Below, piece by piece: positions 1 to 12,270 of a stretch of DNA of 64,000 nt (positions within the stretch are counted from its first letter, which is position 1; each line of letters begins with the position of its first letter). This DNA is from Squalus acanthias (lineage: Eukaryota): NCBI GenBank assembly GCA_030390025.1, contig CM059431.1:105650001-105714000 (forward strand), in the 5' to 3' direction. Under the pieces are notes generated by a model. The model saw only the letters and a list, made by a program, of their open reading frames with translations. It had not been told where the DNA came from and did not search any database. A program made the translations under genes and the position numbers.

Positions 1-1742
1 GCAGACCAATTAACTACATACTTTGGTTCTGTCTTCACAAAGGAGGACAAAAATGAACTCCCAGAGATGTCGGGGAACATAGGCTCTAATGAGAGTGAGG
101 AACTGAATGAAATCAGTATTTGTAGGGAAATGCTGTTAGGGAAATTGATGGGATTGAAGACTGATAAATCCCCAGGGCCTGATAATCTACATCCTAGGGT
201 ACTTAAGGAAGTGGCCCTAGAAATAGTAGATGCATTGCTGGTCATCTTCCAAAATTCTATAGACTCTGGAACAGTTCCCATGGATTGGAGGGTAGCTAAT
301 GTAACCCCACTATTTAAAAAAGGTGGTAGAGAGAAAACAGGGAATTATAGACCGGTAAGCCGGACATCAGTAGTGGGGAAAATACTAGGGTCCATTATAA
401 AAGATGTAATTGCAGAGCACTTGGAAAACAGTGACAGGATCGGACAAAGTCAACATGGATTTACAAAAGGTAAATCATGCTTGACTAATCTACTGGAATT
501 TTTTGAGGATGTAACTGGTAGAATAGATAAGGGAGAACCAGTGGATGTGGTGTATTTGGACTTTCAGAAGGCTTTCGATAAGGTCTCGCATAAGAGATTA
601 ACGTGCAAAGTTAAAGCACATGGGATTGTGGGTAAGGTACTGACTTGGATAGAAAACGGTTTGGCAGACAGGAAGCAAAGAGTTGGAATAAACTGGTCTT
701 TTTCAGAGTGGCAGGCAGTGACTAGTGGGGTACCGCAGGGATCGGTGCTAGGACCCCAGTTATTCACAATATATATTAATGATCTAGATGAGGGATGTAG
801 ATGTAATATCTCTAAGTTTGCAGATGACACAAAGCTGGGTGGGCGTGTTGCTGTGAGGAGGATGCAGAGAAACTCCAATATGATTTGGACAGGTTGGGTG
901 ATTGGGCAGATGCATGGCAGATGCAGTATAATGTGGATAAATGCGAGGTTATCCACTTTGGTGGCAAAAACAGGAAGGCAGATTATTATCTGAACGGCAA
1001 TAGATTGGGAAAAGGGGAAGTGCAATGAGACCTGGGTGTCCTTGTGCACCAGTCGCTGAAGGTAAGCATGCAGGTGCAGCAGGCGGTTAAGAAGGCAAAT
1101 GGTATGTTGGCCTTCATAGCGAGAGGATTCGAGTACAGGAGCAAGCATGTCTTGCTGCAGTTGTACAGGGCCTTGGTGAGACCCCACCTTGACTATTGTG
1201 TGCAGTTTTGGTCGCCTTATCTGAGGAAGGATGTTCTTGCCATGGAGGGAGTGCAGCGAGGATTCACCAGACTGATACCTGAGATGGCAGGAATGACGTA
1301 TGGAGAGAGATTGGGTCGATTAGGCTAGAGTTTAGAAGAATGAGAGGGGATCTCATTGAAACTAATAAAATTCTAACAGGACTAGACAGACTTGATGCAG
1401 GAAGGCTGTTCCCGATGGCGGGGGAGTCCAGAACCAGGGGTCACAGTCTAAGGATAAGGGGTAAGCCATTTAGGACAGAGATGAGGAGGAGTTTCTTCAC
1501 CCAGAGAGTGGTGAACCTGTGGAATTCTCTACCACAGAAGGCAGTTGAGGCCAATTCATTAAATATATTCAAGAAGGAGTTAGATATATTTCTTAAGGCT
1601 AAGGGGATCAAGGGATATGGGGAGAAAGCAGGGACAGGGTACTGAATTTGGATGATCAGCCATGATCGCATTGAATGGCGGAGCAGGCTCGAGGGGCCAA
1701 ATGACCTACTCCTGCTCCTATCTTCTATGTTCTATGTTTCTA
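1..1742 (+). mobile_element. CR1 LINE, 3' part (RT domain, C-terminus, 3' UTR); 5' part outside window; frameshifted
   Basis: ORF 67..993 has [33 protein letters not shown]; 1044..1645 give the CR1 C-terminus (RPHLDYCVQFWSPY, RTRGH); 3' UTR stem GGAGCAGG...CCTGCTCC and CTATGTT-type tail. Confidence 0.97.
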
Positions 1743-1745
1743 TTA

Positions 1746-2014
1746 GCCTGGTAAAAGCAGGCCTTGCGCCTGCTTTTCTCGGCGCAGCTGTTCCCTACTT
1801 ACCTGGACTCAAGCAACTGTGAAAAAAACGGAAGTTTCTGCCGTACGCGCTGCCTATCCGGCGCAGGCGATTGACCAGTCAAGCCCTTTATGCAAAGAAC
1901 GGAAGTTCCGGTTTCCAGCGCATGCGCAGTGCATGCGGAAAACCGGCTCTTCCGTTGGCCCTACTGGTGAGTACACAGCGCGTACACACCCATAGGGAAC
2001 GGAATTTCTGGGCC
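1746..2014. mobile_element. Right part of a MITE (GGCCCAGAAATT terminus), cut by the upstream CR1
   Basis: Shares GCCTGGTAAAAGCAGGC and GCGCATGCGC...AAACCGGC with 33389..35007; ends AATTTCTGGGCC like the element ending at 39563. Confidence 0.6.
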
Positions 2015-2199
2015 ACTGTGATCCAATAATAATTTTTTTTTAAATAGCAGCTTTCACAGCCCCTTGAAATCTACATTTTTCAATCCACTATTTTTAGGTC
2101 ACTGCCGTTCTTCAATGCCCTCACAAGCACTTTAGTTCTAACATCGTGGTTTAATGTCTTCTGGTAGAGCAGCAGTTAACATGCAATCATTAACCATGT

Positions 2200-2720
2200 T
2201 TAAAATACATGGGTTAACGATTGCATTAAAATGGTACAAAGTGAAATTCTACACAGATGTGGTAAGCAAGGCACTATTAGAGCAAATTAAACCCCATTAC
2301 GATCACAGAATACTTAATGATCTCCTACTGCTACCTTACATCGCATAACGATCATTACAAAAGATTAGATTGAGATGGCTCCTGGACAAACAGCCTTGCA
2401 ACAGATCTGCGAACATGCACTTCCCTGCTTTCCATTCAAAATCTGGTTAATTGAAGTTCCCAATGATGAACAATCTGCCCTTTTTACGGACATTCCGGAT
2501 CAGCAAAAGACATTTCCCTGTCTATCCTCTCGTCCGTCCAGGAGATCTGTAACAACAGCCAATAATTATCTTCATTCCTCTTCCATCCTTGACCTCAATC
2601 CAATGTCCATTAGCCAAGGCACTTACATCAGTCTCCCAACTTAGCCCATTGTCCTTGATCTGTTTTGTTCCGCACGAACCTACTGTAGGCTCTAGATCCT
2701 AGGATTTTAACCTCCCAATC
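2200..2720 (-). pseudogene. Old degraded CR1-type APE endonuclease fragment
   Basis: Minus-strand reading gives HWIEVK..IIIGCCYRSP..FIIGNFN*PDFEW and LNLIFCND, matching APE motifs, with stops. Confidence 0.6.
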
Positions 2721-2828
2721 ACTGTCCAGTTTTAAACAAATCGTTGATATTGTTATCACACATATGTTTCAAATTCTTTAAACTTTTTGTAATATGAAGA
2801 TAATTACCTCCGTTATCCATCCTTTTAG

Positions 2829-3300
2829 AGTCAGCTGTGGCTCAGTTGGTAGCACCCTTTGCCTCGGAGTCAGAAGGTTGTGGGTTCGTAGTCCCACTCC
2901 AGAGACTAGACCACAAAAATCTAGGCTGACACTCCAGTGCAGTACTGAGAGAGCACTGCACTGTCAGAGGTGCCGTCTTTCAGATGAGATGTTAAACCGA
3001 GGCCCCGTCTGCCCTCTCAGGTGGACGTAAAAGATCCTATGGCACTATTTCGAAGAAGAGATGGGGAGTTATCCCTGGTGTCCTGGCCCAATATTTATCC
3101 CTCAATCAACGTCACTAAAACAGATGATCTGGTCATTATCACATTGCGGTTTGTGGGAGCTTGCTTTGCGCAAATTGGCTGCCACTTTTCCCACATTACA
3201 ACAGTGACTGCACTTAAAAAATGTACTTCTTTGGCTCTGAAGCGCTGTCAGACGTCCGATGGTCATGAAAGGCGCTATATAAATGCAAGTCTTTCTTTCA
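2829..3300 (+). mobile_element. tRNA-derived DeuSINE-type SINE (SacSINE1/AmnSINE1-like)
   Basis: A box TGGCTCAGTTGG, B-box-like GGTTCGTAGTCC, Deu-like core GGTGCCGTCTTTCAGATGAGATGTTAAACCGAGG, L2-like tail AAAGGCGCTATATAAATGCAAG. Confidence 0.88.
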
Positions 3301-4369
3301 TTCCTGCATTTTTGATTCTTTTCCCCCCAACATTTACTTGTAAGCACTCTCCCTTAGAGTTCTTTAGTATTACTGTACCCATTAACAATATTAAAAAAAC
3401 TGGACAGGTAATTTTCTATCTTGGTACCTAATCTACCTGCTGCTGTCTGTAAAAAAAAAAAAGAAATACAGTCTTTCACTGCTGTACCACTCTGCTTTGT
3501 CCCAAAACAGTCCCGCATCTCTTCTGAATACCTGCAACTATTAGCCTCTTTACATAAAACAAAAAAGGTAAAAGACATGAGAGAATAAAAGGAAACAATT
3601 TCTTTTTTAACCTCTGCTAGTTTTGTTTTAATCTTGAAATGTTTCTTCGTGACGGATTTTCTACAGCAAAAGATGAAAAACAACCTCATGCATTTTAGGA
3701 TCTGTACATAACAAGCAGCCTCATTTTCAATACAATGTCACTTTAGGACAAACTGCACAAAAAATTCTATTTCTGCATCTTAACAACCACTTTTTTTTGA
3801 AAGTCAGGCACAATATTAAAAGTAATTCTAAGAATCATTTGGCACAGAGACTGCCGTACTGCATCTATGCAGCCAAAAGGAACAAAGAGATATTCTGCAA
3901 GATTAGTATTACAAAAACAACCACCATTTGCATTTATATAGCACCTTTAACCTAGTAAAACATCCCACAGTGCTTAACAGGAGGGTTATCAAACAAAATT
4001 TGACACAGAGCCACATCAGGAAAAACTAGGACAGTTGACCAAAAGGTTGGTCAAAGAAGTTTTAAGGAGCGATTTAAAGGAGCAGAGGGAGGCAGCGAGA
4101 GGTAGGCCACGATTTTGCTGGCAGTGGCAGGTCCCAACCCCACTGCTGTCTCTATCCCAGCCTCTGAGATGAATTTCCTTAAATTGGGCTTGTTAAGCCC
4201 GCCCAGCACGTTTGTCGGCCAATTAGAGGAAGCGGCTCTGGTGATGTCATTTGATGATGCATCATCAGCCGGTATCCTTAAAGGGACCATGGCCAACTTT
4301 AATTTGACAGTTGTGCTGTCAGTGTTCCACAGCATTGAGGTGCTGCAAACACTGACAAGCACTGCACAG

Positions 4370-4585
4370 ATGTGCAGGGCTGCACCAAGGCTCTCCCATG
4401 ACTCCCTCCATATGTTTATGGAGGGAGTCATAGCATGCAGGGAGGTCCTCTTCCCTTCCCATGGGCAGAAGAGACCTCCCCAGGAGATCAACGCAGCCTG
4501 GTTGTACATTGCCGAGGAGGGCACAAGCAGGGATGTGGGCAGCAGAACCTGGGTGCAGTGGCACAAACATTTCAATGATCTCAGT
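4370..4585 (+). pseudogene. Harbinger Myb/SANT-like DNA-binding protein remnant
   Basis: Within ORF 4115..4822; W..VA..RT..QxxKxFNDL pattern; homologous to 60933..61167. Confidence 0.7.
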
Positions 4586-5795
4586 AGATCACAAAACATT
4601 AGTACAAAGCCACACTCAACCTCATCCTGCTGTGCCTCTCATCACATCCCCATCACTCTGCTTTCCCAACCCTACTCCTGCACATCCTTACTCACACCAA
4701 CTTACCTTGCACCTCTACCCATCCCTCTCTATCTACATTATCACTTCCCCATCTCACTAGCCACCCCTCACACTCACCCTCATCCTCGTGCAATCATACC
4801 AACTAACAACATACAAGGGTAGGCACTTGGGTGTTTTATGTAATGTTCATGTAAAGTTTCTGGTTATTGTGATGTCAAAGATTGAAACCTTTATTTTCAA
4901 CACTTTGCATTCTTGGACAGTTTTGTGTGCACCTTTGGAAGTGGCTTAGTGAGTTGCAGTGAATGTTGAGACATAACAGTACCTACCGCAATGGTGATGA
5001 GTGTGAAAGGCTTGGGCATTGTAGGGATGCTTTATTGTGTTGGTGTGGGGTGGTGCCAACCTGGCACATCATGTGGCAGCCAGGGTGTTCAGTGTCAAGT
5101 GAAGTAAATCTGGCCATGCTGAAACCACCCCTAGTCTCCCGGGCAGCAATGTGGTCGGGTGCTGATGCCCTCTGTCTTGTGCAGCATCAGGTGATTGCGG
5201 AGAAGGGTGGTGTTGTTGTTGGTGCTGCTGGTGTTGGGGCTGATCGTGGTGGGATTCTGAGGACCAAGGTGAGAGAGTATAAAGGGCACCCATGCTGATG
5301 GAATAGATGGCAGGTGAAGTAGAGTTGACAGAAGTGATCTGAGGCTTCTGTAAAGACTTGCAGCATGGTGAATCTGTTGTGGAAATGCAGTGAGGAAGAG
5401 TTTGTGGCTGAGGGAAGACATCTCTGTAAGGTGGGAGCTTTTACTTTACATTCGAAGCTGTCAACTCAGCAGCTGATTCAATGGCCACTGAACTCCCGCC
5501 TCAGCTTGACAGACGTGGTCCACGACCAGCGAGGACCCTGTGGACGAGCTGTCAAATGCAGCAGGTAAGCTGAAAATCATTCTCAAGTGGCTCTAAACAA
5601 GCCATTAATTACCTGAATTGGGTCCCCCACCGCTGTGAGTCGGGTCTACTCAGTGCTGACAGACCCGACATCGGGAAAGGCGCAAGGCAGCGGGTTCACA
5701 GCGGGGTCCTGACCCGCTGGGAGGAAAAAAACACGTTTCCACCTGACCAGCCACCGATCGCGCCCGCTGACCCGCCCCCCCCTGCCCCCAAAATC

Positions 5796-6263
5796 ATAGA
5801 AACATAGAAGATAGGAGCAGGAGTAGGCCATTCGGCCCCTCGAGCCTGCTCCGCCATTCAATGAGATCATGGCTGATCATTCAAATTCAGTACCCTGTAC
5901 CTGCTTTCTCCCCATATCCCTTGATCCCTTTAGCCTTAAGAAATATATCTAACTCCTTCTTGAATATATTTAATGAATTGGCCTCAACTGCCTTCTGTGG
6001 TAGAGAATTCCACAGGTTCACCACTCTCTGGGTGAAGAAATTCTTCCTCATTTCTGTCCTAAATGGATTACCCCTTATCCTTAGATTATGACCTCTGGTT
6101 CTGGACTCTCCGACCATTGGGAACATTCTTCCTGCATCTAGTTTGTCCAGACCTGTCAGAACGTTATATGTTTCGATGAGATCCCCTCTCATTCTTCTAT
6201 ACTCCACTGAGTATAAGCCCAATCGACCCAATCTCTCCTCATATGTCATTCCTGCCATCCCAG
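5796..6263 (-). mobile_element. 5'-truncated CR1 inserted in the right TIR of the Harbinger element
   Basis: ORF 5887..6258 is nearly identical to the C-terminus encoded at 1340..1645 and 28482..29477. Confidence 0.95.
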
Positions 6264-6483
6264 CCCATGGAGAGGTTTAGGCAGGGAATTCCAGAGCTTA
6301 GGGCTTAGACAGCTGAAGGCACGGCCACCAATGGTGGAGCAAGAAAAATCGGGGATGCGCAAGGGGTCAGAGGTAAGCATTCAGAAATAAATGTTGGGCC
6401 ATGCCCCCACAAACAAAACAAACCAGGAGCACAAAAATCAGTCCACTGGGTGAAAGTCAATTCTTATTTCATTTTTATAGGGA

Positions 6484-6918
6484 ACGGTAGCCTAGATATC
6501 ATCTTAATAAGAACATAAGAAATAGGAGCAGGAATAGGCCACTTGGCCCCTCGAGCCTGCTCTTCCATTCAATAAGATCATGGCTGATCTTGGGCTCAAA
6601 GCCACTTCCCTGCCCACTCCCCATAATCCTTCACTCCCTTCATTTGCAAAAATCTGTCTATTAATGGACTACCAATCCCCAAGCTCATGAGTTCAAATCC
6701 CAAACGTGGGAATTTGCAAAACTGAGTTCAATAAAACTGAGGGCTGGCACCAGAAAAAAAAAGATGAAAAACCCAACGAGTTGATTAATGTGCCACCCCT
6801 ACCCAATCTGGCCTGCACATGTCTCCAGTCCCACAATCAATGGTTGACTTAGGGCAGCTAGGGATGGGCAATAAATGCAGCGTTCTCCGTGTCGCACACA
6901 TCCCACAAAGAAATAAAA
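6484..6918 (+). mobile_element. tRNA-headed SINE related to the 13732..21381 LINE, interrupted by a CR1 3' tail (about 6509..6660, minus)
   Basis: B box GAGTTCAAATCC; core TCTGGCCTGCACATGTCTCCAG..TGGTTGACT; tail TAGGGATGGGCAATAAATGC..CACATCCC. Confidence 0.75.
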
Positions 6919-7117
6919 ATCTAATAACAATCATTTATCTTTTTGTAATGTATACAGACTCTTACTTCACTGTAACCAACTGGTGATGATAATTCGAGAA
7001 GCTGAGTGATTGGACTTGAAGGGGGTGGTGGTTTGTGTCAGCTTTACCTCTGACTTCTGAGCGGTTCAAATCGCTCCCACTCCCTTGGTTCTAGATTTTG
7101 GACTTATTTGGGGGTTG

Positions 7118-8712
7118 TGATACAAAAGGTGCAACAGACAACTGAGTTTGATGAAAGAACTTCAATCTTTATTAAAAGGTAAGACAAATAATAACACTCT
7201 TATCACTCTAAAGGTGGGGGAACACTTCGGTACAAGCGAGGGAAATGACAGTAGAACAATACTTCACCCCTCCCAACGAAACTTTACTAGCTAAGTTAGG
7301 TTTTGAAGGACCAGGGAGAATGCTCACCAATTCTTTGACAGTTGGGCTAAATCGCGGTTTTGGGGTTCGCTGTTTATGGCGGTTAGTGTCTGCCGTACCC
7401 CGTACGCGGTAGAGGACTTCACCTGGGTCTCCGGTCAGTCTTCGCGAGTCCGCTGATGCGGTAGGATGTCGTTATGGATTTATCTGGTGAGTACCCAATT
7501 TCTTTAGTTGAGCAGTAGGTTTTAGAGTCTTTGGGGAAAATCTTACCCAGGGGTAAGTCAGGAGTAGTTCGTAGTGTGGAAACTTTGCGATTCTTCGGGT
7601 TTTCTTCCCTGGAGTTGGTCTTTGTTGGTCACGGTGGCCTGCTATTACCTGGTCAGTTGGGGGTAATGCGCGGTTGTTGGTTTCGTGAGGCCTTTGGTTT
7701 CCGCGATGGCTTTAGGCCTTGTTTTGTGTGTCGGTCGACCTCATGGAGCCGTCGGTGACTTGTTGCTGCTTGTTGCTCCGGGTGACTGTGTTAGGACCGT
7801 TGTTGGAGGTCCGTCGAGGTGGTATCTTCACGAGCTGGACTCAGGTGTGTCTGAGTGGTGAGCGATGCCGACTCGCTTCCAGCTCAGGCCTTCTTCTTCT
7901 TGGTCTCTTCTCCTTCTGATGACCACCGGTTGCGACTGACTGCTCAACCCAACAACCTTGAACTGTGGTGTCTCTCTCTTGTGTGCTTGGTGGGCCTTCA
8001 ATTATACAGAATTGAAGTGGCCTTATCTTCCCGCCAAATCTACTCAGTTCATTGTCTAGTTTTGGCGGGCTCGTAAATCGGTAACGACTTACTAGCACGT
8101 TAACTGGGATTTTAACAGGCCTTCAATCTCACCCATTGAACATGGCCTTATCTACCCGCCAAATTTGCTCAGTTCATTGTCTGAATTTGGCGGGCCTGTT
8201 ACCAGTAACTGCTCTGTAAGTGTCAAATGGGTTTTGGGATGGTTTGCATCCTGTCGATCTCCTTGGCTGATTGCTGGTGATTGGTTTCGTGTTTTGGGTT
8301 TCTAGGCTGGACTCAGTCTTTTCTATAGCCTAGTCCTGGGTGCTCTGTATTATGCATGTTTCCTGATGGGCGCTGTAATCGGTTTGATGGGACCTGTTGT
8401 TTTGGGTGGGACTGTCTTCTCCTAGGGTCTATTGTCAAAATGTTGATGCTTGCTGGGGCTTTGAGTGAGGTCATCCCGGCTCCCCAGACATTGCAATTAA
8501 CTGCAATACCCAAAACTGCTTTTACAGATGTTTATCCCACCTCTTGTTCCTTTATAGGCCCAGACATAGTTTTAAAATGCCAAAACTTGGTTTTTGGTCT
8601 TACAGTCCCTTAGGTTAGGCTCAAATACTATATTATCACTCTGAGGTAGTTCCAAAGTCCTTTTTCCTTAGGTTTTGGGGATCTGTAAATTTTGGAAACC
8701 TTACAAACTACA
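7118..8712 (-). mobile_element. Solo LTR (1595 bp)
   Basis: TG...CA ends, exact 4-bp TSD GTTG (7114..7117 and 8713..8716); minus-strand TATAAA near 8551 and AATAAA near 7168. Confidence 0.85.
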
Positions 8713-8837
8713 GTTGCTAATACCTCAAAGTGAAAATGGTGCATCAGCTACATCATGCACACTGGTCATTAAGAATGACTTCCACCACAAGTAAATGAAC
8801 CACCCCACACAAATCCAACAGTATATCATAATTGTGG

Positions 8838-9405
8838 GTACTGGAGTACTGTGTACAATTTTGGTCTCCTTACCTAAGGAAGGATATACTTGCCATAGTG
8901 GGAGTGCAACGAAGGTTCACGAGATTGATTCCTGGAATGGCGGGACTGTCGTATGAGAAGAGATTGAGTAAACTAGGCCTGTATTCTCTTGAATTCAGAA
9001 GAATGAGAGGGGATCTCATTGAAGCATACAAAATTATTACAGGGCTTGATAGGGTGGATGCTGGGCAATGTTTCCCCTTGGCTGGGGAGTCTAGAACCAG
9101 GGGCCACAGCCTCAGGATAAAGGGTAGGCCATTTAGGACTGAGATGAGAAGAAATTTCTTCACACAGAGGGTGGTGAATCTGTGGAATTCTCTACCCCAG
9201 AGGGCTGTGGAGGCTCACTCATTGTGTATATTCAAATTAAGTCGATAGATTTCTGACTAGTAAGGGCATCAAGGGACATGGCGATAGAGCCGGTGAATGG
9301 AGTTGAGGCAGAAGATCAGCCATGATCTCATTGAATGGCGGAGCAGGCTCAAAGGGCCGAATGGCCTACTCCTGCTCCTATTTCTTATGTTCCTATGTTC
9401 TTATG
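8838..9405 (+). mobile_element. 5'-truncated CR1
   Basis: ORF 8832..9248 LEYCVQFWSPYLRKD..RTRGH; CR1 3' UTR hairpin and TATGTTC tail. Confidence 0.95.
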
Positions 9406-9554
9406 TGGGAGGGGCGGGGGAGAAATAGTGGTCGTTCAGGAGGGATTTCAAGGCTGTTAATGCTTAGCTAACAGTTACAGGGCAGTGCACGCATCATCTG
9501 AGCTCCTTGATCAGATTACTGCCTCGTGGCCCATCCCTCGCAGCAATTATTCCA

Positions 9555-9677
9555 CGGCATAGATTTTCGAGTTGCTACTTGCTGCAAGTGCAGATGGGAA
9601 GATGTGAGCAGACTGCGACTCCCATCTCGAAGCGGGCCGGATCCATGCCGTGACCGCACACTCGGAAAATCTACCCG
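9555..9677. mobile_element. Small MITE-like inverted-repeat element
   Basis: Imperfect TIRs CGGCATAGATTTTCGAGT / ACTCGGAAAATCTACCCG. Confidence 0.45.
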
Positions 9678-9964
9678 GATATACTTATTTCGTGCTTTTT
9701 TCTGCTAGGGTTCCATTTATTTGAAAAGACTGATTTGGAGGGAGTGTGTTTTTTGAAACATAGTTGGAGAAATTTTAGCCCCATTTACTTCACTGCTGAA
9801 AACTGAAAAACAAATTCAAATGTTAAAGTGCAAAGGTAATGCAAGTAAAACACTGAAAATCTGCAGAAAATATGGCTTGCAATGACATACAAATTATGGA
9901 ATAAGCAAAATTCTATTCATCTTGAATTTTGCTTATAGTTACAGCATTGCTCTCATTCTATGCA

Positions 9965-11116
9965 TCAGCCGTGGCTCAGTGGGTAGCGCTCTTGCCTCTG
10001 AGTCAGAAGGTCGTGGGTTCAAGTCCCACTCCAGAGACTTGAGCACAAAATCCAGGATGGCACTGCAGTGCAGTACTGAGGGAGTGCTGCACTGCCGGAG
10101 GTGCCCTCTTTTGAGTGAGGTATTAAACCGAGGCCCCGTCTACTCTCTCAAGTGGATGTAAACAATCCTACGGCACTACTTCGAAGAAGAGCAGGGGAGT
10201 TATCCCCGGTGCCTTGGCCAGTATTTATTCCTCAATCAACATCATTAAGAAACATATTATCTGGTCATTATCATAAGAACATAAGAACATCAGGAGCAGG
10301 AGTAGGCCAATCGGCCCCTCGAGCCTGCTCCGTCATTCAACAAGATCATGGCTGATCCAATCTTGGCCTCAACGCCACTTTCCCACTCTTTCTCCATACC
10401 CCTTGATTCCCTTGTAGTTCAAATGTCTGTCAATCTCCGCCTTGAATATATTCAATGACTCAGCCTCCACAGCTCTCTGGGGTAGAGAATTCCAAAGATT
10501 CACGACCCTCTGAGAGAAGAAATTCCTCCTCATCTCCGTCTTAAATGGGCGACCCCTTATTCTGAAACTATGCCCCCTAGCTCTGGATATCCCCTAGTTC
10601 TGGATACTCCCACTAGGGGAAAAATCCTCTCAGCATCCACCCTGTCAATCCCCCTCAGAATCTTATATGTTTCAATAAGATCGCCTCTCATTCTTCTAAA
10701 CTCCCATGAGTATAGGCTCAACCTTTCATCATACGTCAACCCCTTCATCCCAGGAATCAACCTAGTGAACCTTCTCTGTACTGCCTCCAATGCCAGTATA
10801 TCCTTCCTTAAATATGGAGACCAAAACTGTACGCAATACTCCAGGTGTGGTCTCACCAGCGCCCTGTACAGTTGTAGCAGGACTTCCCTACTTTTATACG
10901 CCATACCCCTTGCAATAAAGGCCAACATTCCATTAGCCTTCCTAATTACTTGCTGTACCTGCATGCTAACTTTTTGTCTTTCATGTACTAGGACCCCCAG
11001 ATCCCTTTGTACGGCAGCATTTTGCAGTCTCACTCCATTTAAATAATAATTTGCTTTTTCATTCTTCCTTCCAAAGTGGATAACCTCACATTCTGCTCTA
11101 TCACATTGCTGTTCGT
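9965..11116 (+). mobile_element. DeuSINE-type SINE split by a CR1 (SINE at about 9965..10272 and 11098..11116)
   Basis: TGGCTCAGTGGG / GGTTCAAGTCCC boxes, Deu-like core; resumes with TATCACATTGCTGTT after the CR1. Confidence 0.85.
10273..11092 (-). mobile_element. 5'-truncated CR1 nested in the SINE
   Basis: ORF 10557..11237 CEVIHFG..QRDLGV..RPHLEYCVQFWSPY; CR1 tail. Confidence 0.93.
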
Positions 11117-11404
11117 AGCCTTCATTGCCACGTATGGAAGGGTCATCCCATGTGTCAACCACACTTGGTGTGAAGAACTTCCTGGCATCACTGCTAAATT
11201 TTCCTTTGATTAGATTGAATCTGTATTCACTTGTCATACCATTAGTTTAATTTCAGGTAGAATTCCAGATTTCAAAGAACCGCACAGGCATGATGGACCG
11301 AATTACCTCCTTCTGTGCCGTCAGATTCTCTGATTTAACTTTTCGATACAGGTCACTATTTTACATACCATTCGGTCGCCTCATTTCTTGGTTGAAAAGC
11401 TCAA

Positions 11405-12023
11405 GGCTCAAATATTCGGGTGCGGCCAACTTTGGGCCGTGCGTGGGGGCGCAGGTAACATTCCCTGTGCCTGAATGGTGGGGGCCGAGGCTCCCCAGAT
11501 ATTGGGCCATGGACCTCATTATAATGGAGTCGGTGTGGTCTCAGAGACTGCTGTGGAGTAGTGGAAAATCTGCCCGCTGCTAGCGTGCGTGTCCAGGGGC
11601 TGGCGGAGTCGGGAGGCCAGTTGGGGCTGAGCGTAGAGGAGATCGGGGGTGAGGGCCGCGGGAGACTGAGGAAGGGGGCTGGGAGCGCCACTGCTCCTGC
11701 TCCTCCCGGCTCCACATTCAGGTAACTTACTTACCTTCTTTGTTGCAAGCGATCCCCAGGCTTGGTTTCAGATTGCAGCCAGGGATGGTGCTGGCTGCCT
11801 GAAGGCAGACCAGTCTTGGAGAGAGGGGGCCTCAAACAGGAGTTAGGCCCCTAATTTGCAAAAGAAAAGGGACTAACGCCTTCTTCAGGCATGGGTAAAG
11901 GCTTCCTCTTGTTTGTCCTTTCCCAATAATGCCAACGGCACACTTCCTGCTCGCCATATTGGGACCTTAGTCGTCCAAGTAGCGCCTGGAAAAACAAGTA
12001 CTGCATTGACCAATTTCTAGGCC
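11405..12023. mobile_element. GC-rich MITE (Harbinger-like)
   Basis: Degenerate TIRs GGCTCAAATATT / AATTTCTAGGCC with 3-bp TSD CAA (11402..11404, 12024..12026). Confidence 0.5.
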
Positions 12024-12029
12024 CAAGTT

Positions 12030-12270
12030 TTTCCAGTCTTACCCGAAGAGTCAATTCCCTAACGCCAGAGATAGGTATCAAGGTTCTTTCTCTGCATTTC
12101 CTTCAAGGCTTGAATGTCCCCTTTGTGTCTGAGTGACTGGGACTGGGTGCAGGGCTTAAAATGCAATGCCACCAGTGACCGGCACAGTTTAAGCATGACT
12201 TGTTGCCGACTTGAATTTGCTATTAGGGCTTTGTAGTTCAGCATTTTTATTTGCTTTGTTTATCACTCTG
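12030..12270 (-). mobile_element. Old CR1 C-terminal fragment
   Basis: ORF 12059..12244 SRQQVMLKLCRSLV..DIQALKEMQRK resembles SREVLLQLYRALV..DILALEAVQRR. Confidence 0.6.

Larger units (their letters stand above)
4105..6266. mobile_element. Non-autonomous PIF/Harbinger element with a Myb/SANT remnant (+) and a probable transposase N-terminal remnant (-)
   Basis: Left end GGCCACGATTTTG; right end CAAAATC..CAGCCC split by a CR1; Myb/SANT-like RAAPRLSHDSL..REVLFP..W..IA..RTWVQWHKHFNDL; convergent MGA-initiated ORF 5069..5293. Confidence 0.75.
3916..6372 (-). mobile_element. L2 LINE 3' end, split (about 3916..4104 and 6267..6372) by nested Harbinger and CR1 insertions
   Basis: TTGCATTTATATAGCACCTTTAAC tail; both halves are collinear with the L2 copy at 37716..38240. 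Confidence 0.75.

Noticed and set aside
564..1187. Long antisense ORFs over CR1 (also 10570, 16301, 28950, 31774)
   Set aside because: Shadow frames of CR1 coding sequence with no independent motifs
2829..2905. SINE heads as tRNA genes
   Set aside because: No complete cloverleaf; they run directly into the SINE core and tail
6961..7117. Minus-strand exon ending at a GTAAG donor
   Set aside because: Weak acceptor, unrecognised peptide, stops in the other frames
7118..8712. The three LTRs as ends of one provirus, or their internal ORFs as genes
   Set aside because: Each has its own TSD and a different sequence, and no gag/pol motifs were seen
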